Below, one piece after another: positions 1 to 8,274 of a stretch of 64,000 nt of DNA. The notes under the pieces are model-generated. The model was given only the letters and a program-made list of their open reading frames with translations, had not been told where the DNA came from and did not search any database. The stretch comes from an uncultured Alphaproteobacteria bacterium (GTDB taxonomy: Bacteria > Pseudomonadota > Alphaproteobacteria > Rs-D84): NCBI GenBank assembly GCA_947054455.1, contig CAMRWN010000003.1:30681-94680 (forward strand), written 5' to 3'. The position numbers and the translations under genes were made by a program. Numbering within the stretch: position 1 is the first letter of the stretch; every line of letters starts with the position of its first letter.

Positions 1-788
1 TCGCCTGCGATGTCCAGCTGGCCCGCCGTTGACAGCGATTTGGATTTTGTGGTGTTTAACACCTCGCTTATTCCGGCCAGTTTTTGTGCGGAATCGGACG
101 TGTCCTTGGCGGTGGCGGCGGCATATTCGCCGGCGCTGGCGCTCAGCATTGCTTTTACCTCTGCGGCGGTTTTGTTTATGACCTCTATGTTTAGGTCCTT
201 GAAATCCTGAATTTGGTTGGCCGCCTGGCTCAGCGCGCGTTCGCGGGATTGGATTTCATCCAGCCGGGAAGAGCATATGCATCTGCGGTATGTTGGGTTT
301 TGATTTGCGCAGAACTGGTCCATGCATGTGAAATATGCGTCGCGGCACGCGTTGTATCCGGTGCCAAATGTGTTTGACTGGGATGCGGTCATGACGGCGG
401 CGCGCGCGGTTCGCGGGGCGGTTGCGCTGCGCGTGATTGACGATGCAGACGCGCGTTGCGGCGTCGTTGCGGCGCGCGCCGTTGTTGCACTGCGTGCGGC
501 GGTTGCCGATGACGCGGTGCGTGCACCCGTCGCGGTCTTGGACGTGGTTGCGTTGCGCGCGGCAGTTCGCTGCGTGGTTGCACTGCGTGCGGCGGTTGCC
601 GATGACGCTGCGCGCTGGGAAACTGTGTCGGCGGTGGTGCGCGTGGTCGCAACGGCCGGCGCCGCCCGCGGGGATGAGTTTTGCACCGACCCCGCGCTGC
701 GCGCGACAGCCGCGGCGTCGCGAACCGCGGCGCGCGCCGGAACCGTGCACGCAAAGCATGCGATAAAATACAGTAAAAACTTCTTCAT
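1..788 (-). CDS. Giant Cys-rich secreted protein, paralog 1 (N-terminal part only; ORF runs off the window edge)
   Basis: Absent from the supplied ORF track because it has no stop in the window. Hand translation from the ATG at 788 (aagga SD upstream) gives MKKFLLYFIACFACTVPARA (signal peptide), then T/S/A/R-rich repeats, then ...YNACRDAYFTCMDQFCANQNPTYRRCICSSRLDEIQ... This is the same head motif as 1274-3433, 3459-5894 and 30262-33480. The frame stays open down to position 3. Confidence 0.75.
   Translation of the reverse strand, partial: MKKFLLYFIACFACTVPARAAVRDAAAVARSAGSVQNSSPRAAPAVATTRTTADTVSQRAASSATAARSATTQRTAARNATTSKTATGARTASSATAARSATTARAATTPQRASASSITRSATAPRTARAAVMTASQSNTFGTGYNACRDAYFTCMDQFCANQNPTYRRCICSSRLDEIQSRERALSQAANQIQDFKDLNIEVINKTAAEVKAMLSASAGEYAAATAKDTSDSAQKLAGISEVLNTTKSKSLSTAGQLDIAG
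484..608. repeat. 93-bp-period tandem repeat inside paralog 1 (encodes an ASSATAARSATT-containing spacer)
   Basis: The 32-nt string gttgcactgcgtgcggcggttgccgatgacgc occurs at 484-515 and again at 577-608. The offset is 93 nt, or 31 codons. Confidence 0.8.
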
Positions 789-850
789 CCTTGATATAAG
801 TATAATGATATCAAAAATGCGCTTTTAAGGGCAAGGGATATTTCGCATAA

Positions 851-880
851 AAATAAAAATCCCGTCATTATTTTGACGGG
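851..880 (-). terminator. Intrinsic terminator after infA
   Basis: Hairpin cccgtc (861-866) / gacggg (875-880), followed on the minus strand by a U-rich run (plus-strand aaataaaaa). Confidence 0.5.
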
Positions 881-887
881 TTTGAAT

Positions 888-1136
888 TTATTGGTTGGTC
901 TGTTCCGGGGCGGGGCGGTTTCGTTCCACGAACGTTATGCGGCCCTTGTCCAAATCATAGGGCGTCATTTCCACGCGAACCTTTTCGCCAACGTTGACCC
1001 AGATGCGCGCCTTGCGCATTTTGCCGCACACAGTGGCCAAAATTTCATGACCGTTTTCCAGCTTTACGCGGAACATTGTGTTGGGCAGTTTATCTTCTAC
1101 TGTGCCTGTGAATACAATAACATCATCTTTTGCCAT
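888..1136 (-). CDS. infA: Translation initiation factor IF-1
   Basis: [69 protein letters not shown] is a textbook S1-fold IF-1 sequence. Confidence 0.95.
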   Translation of the reverse strand: MAKDDVIVFTGTVEDKLPNTMFRVKLENGHEILATVCGKMRKARIWVNVGEKVRVEMTPYDLDKGRITFVERNRPAPEQTNQ

Positions 1137-1273
1137 AAATCATCCTTCGGATTTTAATTTCATTGCGTTTATGATATTGCGTATGACAAAAATTGCAAGA
1201 AATTTTTAATATGCTTGCGCAGGGGGGCGACATTTGATAAAATCAAATATAAAATTATGTAGGATGGAAACGC

Positions 1274-3433
1274 ATGAAAATAAAAATATTCGTTATGTTG
1301 TTGTGCATGACGCCGTTGGCGGCGACGGCGGCGGTTCGCGGTTCGGATTCGCGTGTCGGTGTCAACCGCATGGCAATGGCCGGCGTGCGCGGCGGCCCCA
1401 ATTCCAGCGCTGATTTGAATCAGACGACGCAGCCGACAATGACGACGCAACCCGCGGTCAAGGCGCCGTCCGTGCAGGCAAAGCCCGATGAAAGCAATGT
1501 TTCAGGCGGCGCGGATTCGGATAAAGGTACCGTGCCGGCGCCGGGTGTGAACTGTCGCGATGCGTACCGCGCCTGCATGGATGAATTTTGTCTGCTGGAC
1601 GAGTCCGAGGGATACCGCTGTGCGTGTTCCGACAATATCAACAAGTCGAAAAGCCTGATACAGGAAATCCTGAGTTTGCAGGAATCCGCCGACAAGCTGT
1701 ATACAGAAGGCGTGGAGCGTGAAAAACTGGGGGCCAAGGCAAAGCTGGTTTTCGGACAGAGCGAGGCTGCCAAACGCAGCGGCCGCACGTCCGGTGTTAG
1801 TTTTTCCGAATGGCTGAACGCCGATTCCGGCGCACAGGAAGATACGGACGGATTGGGCGCGGACAGCGATATCGGCGCAAATTTGTATGAAATGGCGTCC
1901 GAATATTGCCAGGCTCAACTGGATGCATGCGGCGGGTCTGCCGAAATGGAAAAAGTGCTGTATTCCCGTCAGATTGTTGCGGACTGCAAATCGTTTGACG
2001 CCTATCTGGCCGACCAGAAACGCAACGCAAAGGCAAATCTTAGCACGGCAGAAACTGCGGTTCGCCAGGCACGACTGGAAATGCTGGATACCACGAACAA
2101 ATACAACCGCGGCGAATGTTTGCTGGCGTACAAGGCCTGTATCGCGGACAAGGGCGGATGCGGAACGAATTTTGAAAACTGTCTGGACGAGGCGCTGCTG
2201 ACACGTCGCGCGAACGCGTGTGAAAACGTTTTGGACCAGTGTATGGCGGTGAAAACCGGCGTGCTGGCGGACTGGGCGGATGAATCGCAAACCATTCTGG
2301 CCGATGCGGCGTTATATGCCGACAGAAACAAGCGCGGTACATGTTTGGCGCGAATACAGGTCTGTCTGGAAGATAATTGTTCAATCACCACCAATGCCGC
2401 ATGTTTGACAGATATTAATGTGGCGGCGGGAATATGCCCGGTTATCACCGATTGTGAAGAATTGGTTCCCGGGATCAAGGATGTCGTTAAGAATAATTTG
2501 GGCGCCCTGCGTACGCAGTTCTGCCAGAACGACGTGGACAAATGTTTGCGCGACAAGTGTGGCGACAACTTTACCGCGCCGGAATGCATCGGCAAAAAAG
2601 GAACTGAAATCGCCGCAATGTGTCCCCAGGGTATGTTCCCGTCGTGTCGTAATGAAACACAGTTCGACATAATTGTACAGGCGGCGTTGATGCAGATGGA
2701 TTATAAGTTGATGACGGGATGCCTGAATTATTTCAGCGAGCAGCTGGGCCGTGTTTGCGGTACGGATATGTCGTGTCTGCCACAGGATGAAACGGTTGCG
2801 TCATTGGTTGAATTGCCTGAGGACGGGGCGGGTCTGAAAGCGCTGCGCGAAGAAGTGCGCAAAAATTCAAAGGACGCAGTGGACGAATTCTTCCAGCAGT
2901 TCGAGGTTGATATCACCGTTGCGGCATGCAGCGACAGTCAAAAGCCCGCAGGACAAGATAGTCTGGGCGAAAGCGTGTTTAACAGCGCAAAAATGATTGC
3001 GTATAACGGTGCGGTCCTGCGCGCGGAACGCGAATTGGATGCCAAAATATCCGAATTGTCGCGCAAACAGGATGTGGCCAAGGCAGAGGAAAACTGTTTA
3101 GATACATATGCGGTTGAAACGCCCAAATCAGGTGAAGGCAGCTATAGCTATATCCGCAGCGTTTCGTTTGAACCGTCATTGCGCAACTGCCACGTTTGCC
3201 GTATGCAGCGTGTTTGCGAAACGGGCGGCGAATCCAAGGGCGCGGCGGGGTTAAAGGGCCTGGCCGGCGGATTGTCGGCTGGCGCGGCGGCCGGAACGAT
3301 GGTATCCCCGGGCTGGGGAACTGCGATTGGTGGCGTCATCGCCGGGGTTGGCGGATATTTCGCGGGCCGTGAAGCCGGCGGCGAGCAGGAATTCTGCCAG
3401 GAAATTGAATCCTGTGAAGATATAAACATGTAA
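1274..3433 (+). CDS. Giant Cys-rich secreted protein, paralog 2 (719 aa), with a C-terminal Gly-zipper-like segment
   Basis: Signal peptide MKIKIFVMLLCMTPLAATAA and SD aggatgga. Head motif NCRDAYRACMDEFCLLDESEGYRCACSD lies at nt 1553-1630. I count 36 Cys in the mature protein. The C-terminus reads GAAGLKGLAGGLSAGAAAG...AIGGVIAGVGGYFAG and the protein ends SCEDINM. Confidence 0.85.
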   Translation: MKIKIFVMLLCMTPLAATAAVRGSDSRVGVNRMAMAGVRGGPNSSADLNQTTQPTMTTQPAVKAPSVQAKPDESNVSGGADSDKGTVPAPGVNCRDAYRACMDEFCLLDESEGYRCACSDNINKSKSLIQEILSLQESADKLYTEGVEREKLGAKAKLVFGQSEAAKRSGRTSGVSFSEWLNADSGAQEDTDGLGADSDIGANLYEMASEYCQAQLDACGGSAEMEKVLYSRQIVADCKSFDAYLADQKRNAKANLSTAETAVRQARLEMLDTTNKYNRGECLLAYKACIADKGGCGTNFENCLDEALLTRRANACENVLDQCMAVKTGVLADWADESQTILADAALYADRNKRGTCLARIQVCLEDNCSITTNAACLTDINVAAGICPVITDCEELVPGIKDVVKNNLGALRTQFCQNDVDKCLRDKCGDNFTAPECIGKKGTEIAAMCPQGMFPSCRNETQFDIIVQAALMQMDYKLMTGCLNYFSEQLGRVCGTDMSCLPQDETVASLVELPEDGAGLKALREEVRKNSKDAVDEFFQQFEVDITVAACSDSQKPAGQDSLGESVFNSAKMIAYNGAVLRAERELDAKISELSRKQDVAKAEENCLDTYAVETPKSGEGSYSYIRSVSFEPSLRNCHVCRMQRVCETGGESKGAAGLKGLAGGLSAGAAAGTMVSPGWGTAIGGVIAGVGGYFAGREAGGEQEFCQEIESCEDINM

Positions 3434-3458
3434 TTGTTTTCTTGAGGGAGAGGGAAAC

Positions 3459-5894
3459 ATGACGACAAAAAAAATGGTTTCATTGGCGGTTTGCATGCTG
3501 GCGTCGTTTATGGGCGCTGATGCGGTTGCGGCGGCCGCCAAAAAGCAGTCTGCGATTCAAAGCGGAACATTTGTCCGCACCAAGGTAGAGGCCAAGGGCC
3601 TGTATGACCAGGCATGTTATGACGCATACTATGGCTGCATGGACCAGTTCTGTATTCCCGACAATTCCAACGGCGGCAGCTGTGCCTGCAGCGATGAAAG
3701 CATCGAACTGGAAAAACAGTTTGATGAAATTGAAGCCATTCTGACCGAGGCCGAGCGCATCAGAACCATAGAGGTTGAAAAAGTCAAGGCCGGCGCCCAG
3801 GCGGATATTATATTTACCGGCACGCGCCAGTATGACGAAAACGGCAATGTCATGAATCTGGACGCCGTCAACAACCAGAAAGACAAGGCGCAGAAACGCG
3901 AAAGCCTGCTGGCAATGTGGGATTCAAATTCTTTGGATGTTGACGAAGACATATGGGGCGGCGGCATCGGGGATATCGCAAACAAGACGGGCGGGGCGCT
4001 GTTTTCCGCGGCCGAACAATTATGCGCGGCCCAGATACCGGATTCGTGCGCCAAGGATGTTCAGTTCCTGCGCCAGTTGTATTCCAGACAGATTACATCC
4101 GACTGTCGCGCGTTTGCCAACAGTGTGGATGCAAAAAAATCCGCGGCGGATTTGGAACTGGCCAATGCCAACGCCGATGTGCGCACCGCACTAAAGGAAA
4201 GTTTCGAAGCGGCGAACAAGTATGACCTGGGTACATGCATGGTTGAATTCAAAAAATGCATGCTGACCGATGATGCCTGCGGCAAGGACTGGACGAACTG
4301 CGTGTCTGTTGTTGCATCGGAAAATATGCAGAACAACAAGAGTGCAAGTGTCGCCGGCAGCACAGTAAAAACGGTCGACAAATACGATATCACTGCGTCC
4401 ACGCTGGAAATTATGGATTCCAAGCGCATGATATGCGAACGCGTTCTGGACCAATGCGTGGCGGTGCGCGACATGGTTTGGCCGGCATTCCTGCGCGAAG
4501 CGGCGCCGACCATAAAGGTTGCGGAATCTTCGGCGGAATCAAAATTCCGCCAGTCGTGCCTGACCAGCATATCCAACTGTATACAAAACGCGTGCAAGGA
4601 CGATATTGTCGGCCGCGGTGTTGCGACAATGGATGCCTGTCTGTCGCGTCCGGATATGGCACGTTCTTTCTGCAAGGTGGAAATTGACCCGTGCGAGCGT
4701 ATGGAACCGCTGATTTGGGGATATGTCGTGGACAAGCTGGCCGCGATGCGGGTCGACGCCTGCACCCAGGAGGTCAAGGACTGCTTTACCGATGAAACGC
4801 GTTGCGGGGCCAATTTCCAAAATTGCATAGGCATGGATTACGACTATATTCACGATATATGCCCGATTGACAAACTGGTCGTGTGCAAGGCGAACAAACC
4901 TGATTTTTCAATGGATGATTTGGATTCCATGCTGATGGGACTGTATCTGAATATTGATAATTCCGCACTGGACCAGTGCCAGGAACTGGTGGATCGCAAA
5001 ATGGCTGAAATCTGTGGCAGCACCACTGATTGCAATAAGTTTGCGGCCGACGACACGTTGGGGACCGGCAGTCTGCGTTCTCAAAAGGACGGCAATATAT
5101 ACCGCGTAACGGGCATGATTTCATTCGGTAAAATCAAAATGGGCAGCTCCAGCGGCACCACATTGGATGGAGCAAATGTATTAGGCCCGGGCCAAATCGG
5201 AATTGCGGAGTATCTGGAAAACGTGCGCGAACAAAATACAGACGTTCCTGATGCAGATGCAATAATATCATCTATTGACATGGAACTGAACGATATTGCC
5301 GGCACAATCAACAGAACAATTGAAATGATAGAACAGGATCCGGAAATTCAGTTTTGTGTGAACGGACGCAATCTGTCGCAAATCACCGGACGTAATGAAT
5401 CAACGACGGGGCGTTTCCCGAACCTGCTGAACCAGGTCAAGATGCAGATTGCAAACGCCGCACTGCGCCAAGCCCAGGATAACTATAATGCAAAACTGAG
5501 CGAGGAAGTCGCCAAAGCCACAAAAGATGCATCTGTCGATTTAGCGCAATACATGTGCCAAAAGATTGCACAGGGCAATGCAGTCGTCGGCGCACAATCG
5601 GTCAACACGACCCTGACGGCTCCATATGCGATATCTTATGAGGTAGGGGCAGGATTATCCGCCAAAGACTTAACCAGCGGCGGTCTGGGCCAGACATCGT
5701 TCGTCAGCGATAACGGCAGCGGCATGAGCAAGGAAACAACGGCCCTGTTTAACCGCGACAGCAGAATCTGCCACGTCTGCACCACGACGACCACAACCAG
5801 CTGTAATGTCAAGGGTGCGAACTGGTTCCGCAAGCAGAATGTTGACTGCACCACTGCCAGCGACGGTCCGGTATGCAAAGACATACAGATGTAA
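3459..5894 (+). CDS. Giant Cys-rich secreted protein, paralog 3 (811 aa)
   Basis: Signal peptide MTTKKMVSLAVCMLASFMGADAVA and strong SD gagggagaggga. Head motif ACYDAYYGCMDQFCIPDNSNGGSCACSD. It aligns with paralog 2 (LYSRQITSDCR, NKYDLGTCMVEFKKC, CERVLDQCVAVR) and ends CHVC...VCKDIQM. Confidence 0.85.
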   Translation: MTTKKMVSLAVCMLASFMGADAVAAAAKKQSAIQSGTFVRTKVEAKGLYDQACYDAYYGCMDQFCIPDNSNGGSCACSDESIELEKQFDEIEAILTEAERIRTIEVEKVKAGAQADIIFTGTRQYDENGNVMNLDAVNNQKDKAQKRESLLAMWDSNSLDVDEDIWGGGIGDIANKTGGALFSAAEQLCAAQIPDSCAKDVQFLRQLYSRQITSDCRAFANSVDAKKSAADLELANANADVRTALKESFEAANKYDLGTCMVEFKKCMLTDDACGKDWTNCVSVVASENMQNNKSASVAGSTVKTVDKYDITASTLEIMDSKRMICERVLDQCVAVRDMVWPAFLREAAPTIKVAESSAESKFRQSCLTSISNCIQNACKDDIVGRGVATMDACLSRPDMARSFCKVEIDPCERMEPLIWGYVVDKLAAMRVDACTQEVKDCFTDETRCGANFQNCIGMDYDYIHDICPIDKLVVCKANKPDFSMDDLDSMLMGLYLNIDNSALDQCQELVDRKMAEICGSTTDCNKFAADDTLGTGSLRSQKDGNIYRVTGMISFGKIKMGSSSGTTLDGANVLGPGQIGIAEYLENVREQNTDVPDADAIISSIDMELNDIAGTINRTIEMIEQDPEIQFCVNGRNLSQITGRNESTTGRFPNLLNQVKMQIANAALRQAQDNYNAKLSEEVAKATKDASVDLAQYMCQKIAQGNAVVGAQSVNTTLTAPYAISYEVGAGLSAKDLTSGGLGQTSFVSDNGSGMSKETTALFNRDSRICHVCTTTTTTSCNVKGANWFRKQNVDCTTASDGPVCKDIQM

Positions 5895-5935
5895 TAAAAA
5901 AAATGGGTTCTGAAATTCAGGGCCCATTGAAATGA

Positions 5936-6796
5936 ATGGGGGAAAATAAAATGCAAAACGCCGGGCTGGCAAACATAGAAATTTCCGGATTGGAATCCGC
6001 ATTGTCCACGCTGGTGCACGGAACCGTGCAGCTGGGGCTGAAACTGATTGTCGCCGCGGTAATATTCGGCGTCGGCATGCGTCTGGCGTCGCGGCTTACG
6101 GCGTCTTTTGCGCGCGCAATGGAACGTCGCAAGCTGGAGGCGTCCGCGCGTTCGTTCCTGGTGTCTTTTATCAATATTTTGGCCAAGGGATTTGTTTTTA
6201 TAATTGTCCTGACGACGCTGGGGGTTCAGATGACATCGATTGTCGCGGTGTTGGGCGCGGCATCGCTGGCCATAGGAATGGCGCTGCAGGGTACGCTGCA
6301 GAATTTCGCCGGCGGCCTTATTATTTTGATGTTCAAGCCGTTTCGTGTCGGGGATACCATTGAAACCGCCAGCGGCAAGACCGGTGTCGTTAAGAAAATA
6401 GCGATTTTTACAACCGAACTGCGCACATTTGACAATCAGGTTGTATTTTTGCCCAACGGTGCGCTGGCCAACGGGATAATAACGAATTTGTCAAACGGCA
6501 CAAACCGCAGGGCCGATTTGGAAATCGGTATCGCATATGGCGACAATGTCGGCACCGCGCGCAAGGTTATTTTGGATGTTCTGGCGGCGGATGCGCGCGT
6601 ACTGGCGGATCCCGCGCCGTCTGTTTTTGTCGCGCGCCTGTCCGACAGTGCGGTTGTCCTGACCGTGCGTTTTTGGTCGCGGTATGCCGACATGGCGGCG
6701 GCGACGGCCGACATCACTGAAAAAATTTATGTGAACCTGCCAAAGAAAAAGGTTAATTTCCCGTTCCCCCAGATGGATGTCCACATAGTAAAATAA
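5936..6796 (+). CDS. mscS: Small-conductance mechanosensitive channel (MscS family)
   Basis: TM helices followed by PFRVGDTIE..GKTGVVKKIAIFTTELRTFDNQVVFLPNGALANGIITN, the typical MscS beta-domain signature. The start could instead be the ATG at 5951. Confidence 0.85.
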   Translation: MGENKMQNAGLANIEISGLESALSTLVHGTVQLGLKLIVAAVIFGVGMRLASRLTASFARAMERRKLEASARSFLVSFINILAKGFVFIIVLTTLGVQMTSIVAVLGAASLAIGMALQGTLQNFAGGLIILMFKPFRVGDTIETASGKTGVVKKIAIFTTELRTFDNQVVFLPNGALANGIITNLSNGTNRRADLEIGIAYGDNVGTARKVILDVLAADARVLADPAPSVFVARLSDSAVVLTVRFWSRYADMAAATADITEKIYVNLPKKKVNFPFPQMDVHIVK

Positions 6797-6802
6797 AAAT
6801 CG

Positions 6803-6823
6803 GGTGCGCCTTGGCGCACCTTT
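6803..6823 (+). terminator. Intrinsic terminator after mscS
   Basis: ggtgcgcc-tt-ggcgcacc hairpin followed by ttt. Confidence 0.5.
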
Positions 6824-6899
6824 CAAAATGATTCCTAGACATTTTGTATGTATTTTATGATATAATCAGAATATACAACCAAACCAAGGGGGGGAATTC

Positions 6900-7271
6900 A
6901 TGAAAAAGTTATCAATGGCCGTAATGGCCTGCATTGCCGGATTGTCGGCGGCCCATGCGGATTTTGTTCCAGCCGCTGCCACGTCAGAGAAGGGCGGATT
7001 TGTCGGCGGCAAGGAAACAATAGTTTCTGTATCGCAGGTAAAAGAGATGCGCGATGATGTAAACGTAGTTGTTCAGGGAAACATAGTCCAGCGCATGGGC
7101 GATGACAAGTACCTGTTCGAAGACAAGACAGGTTCCATCACCGTCGAAATAGACAAAGAGGATTGGCGTGGTCAGACTGTTAGCCCGGCAGACACCGTAA
7201 AGCTTTACGGCGAAGTTGACCGTGGTTTGATGAAAACCGAAATTGATGTCGACTATATAGAAAAACTGTAA
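6900..7271 (+). CDS. Periplasmic OB-fold protein (YgiW/BOF family)
   Basis: Signal peptide, then VSQVKEMRDDVNVVVQGNIVQRMGDDKYLFEDKTGSITVEIDKEDWRGQTVSPADTVKLYGEVD, the pattern seen in YgiW-like proteins. Confidence 0.75.
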   Translation: MKKLSMAVMACIAGLSAAHADFVPAAATSEKGGFVGGKETIVSVSQVKEMRDDVNVVVQGNIVQRMGDDKYLFEDKTGSITVEIDKEDWRGQTVSPADTVKLYGEVDRGLMKTEIDVDYIEKL

Positions 7272-7280
7272 ATATTTAAT

Positions 7281-7305
7281 TCCCCCGTTTTTGGGGGATT
7301 TTTTA
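7281..7305 (+). terminator. Intrinsic terminator
   Basis: tccccc-gttttt-ggggga hairpin followed by tttttt. Confidence 0.7.
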
Positions 7306-7587
7306 TTCCGACAAGGCGCATATCTGTGTATATGAATATTCACCCGTCTCGTCTTTGAATTCCATATCAGGAGATATAAACAGTCCGCATATACCAGATG
7401 TCCCCGTCGCCATGCAAGGCGTCAAATCCCTGTATACTGTTGCTTGGTTTAATGCGCATTGTGGTGCAAATACGGCATCGGGAATACGAATTGTTATATA
7501 TCCACCCGGGCATTGTGTCATCGGCTGTCCAACAGCAGGTGTAAAAAGCGGAACCGCCGCAAAAATCAGGCAGTATATTTTATTCAT
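7303..7587 (-). CDS. Small Cys-rich secreted protein (94 aa)
   Basis: Signal peptide MNKIYCLIFAAVPLFTPAVG and SD ggagaa. Contains CPGGY and 6 Cys. The start lies 2 nt after the stop of 7590-8006, so the two genes form an operon. Confidence 0.65.
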   Translation of the reverse strand: MNKIYCLIFAAVPLFTPAVGQPMTQCPGGYITIRIPDAVFAPQCALNQATVYRDLTPCMATGTSGICGLFISPDMEFKDETGEYSYTQICALSE

Positions 7588-7589
7588 AT

Positions 7590-8006
7590 TTAGTTCTCCA
7601 AATTATTGAACAGGCTAGATTTTATATTGCGGTCTTCATCAACGACAACTTTTGAGGCACATGTTGCAGCGCATGTATTCAAACAATTTGCAATTGTCGT
7701 GGTATTGTCCTGATATTCGCCCATGGCAACCCATTTTGAAACACCGGGATAAATCATTTTGCACCAGCAATTCACGCCCCCTGCTGCCAGTGTTTCCGCA
7801 ACTGTCCCATATTTGGCGGCATTTGACGCGCATGAACTGACACCTTTGATGTCGACAGTGCCGCATCTTATTGTCCAATTAAAAGCACCTGAACTGCGAC
7901 CGCCAGAACAGGTTGATGAACTGTTTAGATTGCTGCATAATACCGCGGCCGCCACCGGCATGGTAATAATTGAAAAAATACAAACAAAAATAAGTTTTCC
8001 GAACAT
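7590..8006 (-). CDS. Small Cys-rich secreted protein (138 aa)
   Basis: Signal peptide MFGKLIFVCIFSIITMPVAAA and SD aagggag. Multiple Cys are present (CSNLNSSSTCSGG..CWCK..CLNTCAATC). Confidence 0.7.
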   Translation of the reverse strand: MFGKLIFVCIFSIITMPVAAAVLCSNLNSSSTCSGGRSSGAFNWTIRCGTVDIKGVSSCASNAAKYGTVAETLAAGGVNCWCKMIYPGVSKWVAMGEYQDNTTTIANCLNTCAATCASKVVVDEDRNIKSSLFNNLEN

Positions 8007-8033
8007 TTCGACTCCCTTTTTTCAGAATCCTGT

Positions 8034-8136
8034 AAAAAAACCACCAAAAAGGTGGTCGGGAAGCTCGAAAAATCATAAATCTGAATGACCCCGCGGTCTT
8101 TGGACAAGCCTGTTGTATAACCGCGGCTTCCCGACC
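8034..8136 (-). promoter_or_regulatory. Structured RNA core plus overlapping intrinsic terminator (element A). Candidate cis-regulatory leader or 3' domain of an sRNA.
   Basis: In RNA sense: P1 GGUCGGGAAGC (8136-8126) pairs with GCUUCCCGACC (8064-8054). P2 is CCGCGGU..ACCGCGG and P3 is GUCAU..AUGAU. The terminator is ACCACC-UUUUU-GGUGGU-U7, and its 5' arm overlaps the 3' end of P1. The element is homologous to 16021-16128. Confidence 0.55.
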
Positions 8137-8274
8137 TGTGATGCGTCGGGATAAACACTACGTCGCGAGTAGGCGCGCCGTATGTTCACGTTTTACACCG
8201 GCATGCACCATGCATACCGCAGATTTATGGGATTTTCGAAGTCCCAAACCCAAATTCCCCTTGGATTTAATATA

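Noticed and set aside
430-680. Regularly spaced repeats as a possible CRISPR array (also 32950-33200).
   Set aside because: The repeats lie inside a coding frame, have periods of 93 and 60 nt with repetitive 'spacers', and encode low-complexity protein. There are no cas genes. This is not CRISPR.
256-828. Four long ORFs from the track (256-759 minus, 389-754 minus, 322-828 plus, 437-766 plus) overlapping the start of the window.
   Set aside because: They give Arg/Ala/Pro-rich nonsense translations, typical of off-frame reading through a GC-rich repetitive region. The third minus-strand frame has an SD, a signal peptide and the family head motif, so it is the real gene (1-788).
8137-8268. A possible Cys-containing leader peptide (AUG CAU GGU GCA UGC CGG UGU AAA ACG UGA, MHGACRCKT) in the 5' part of element A, which would suggest Cys-tRNA-sensing attenuation. 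I also noticed a T-arm-like hairpin, GGGAC-UUCGAAA-AUCCC.
   Set aside because: There is no SD before the AUG, and no equivalent ORF in element D. The hairpin lacks the conserved G53-C61 pair and any acceptor/CCA context. This is too speculative.
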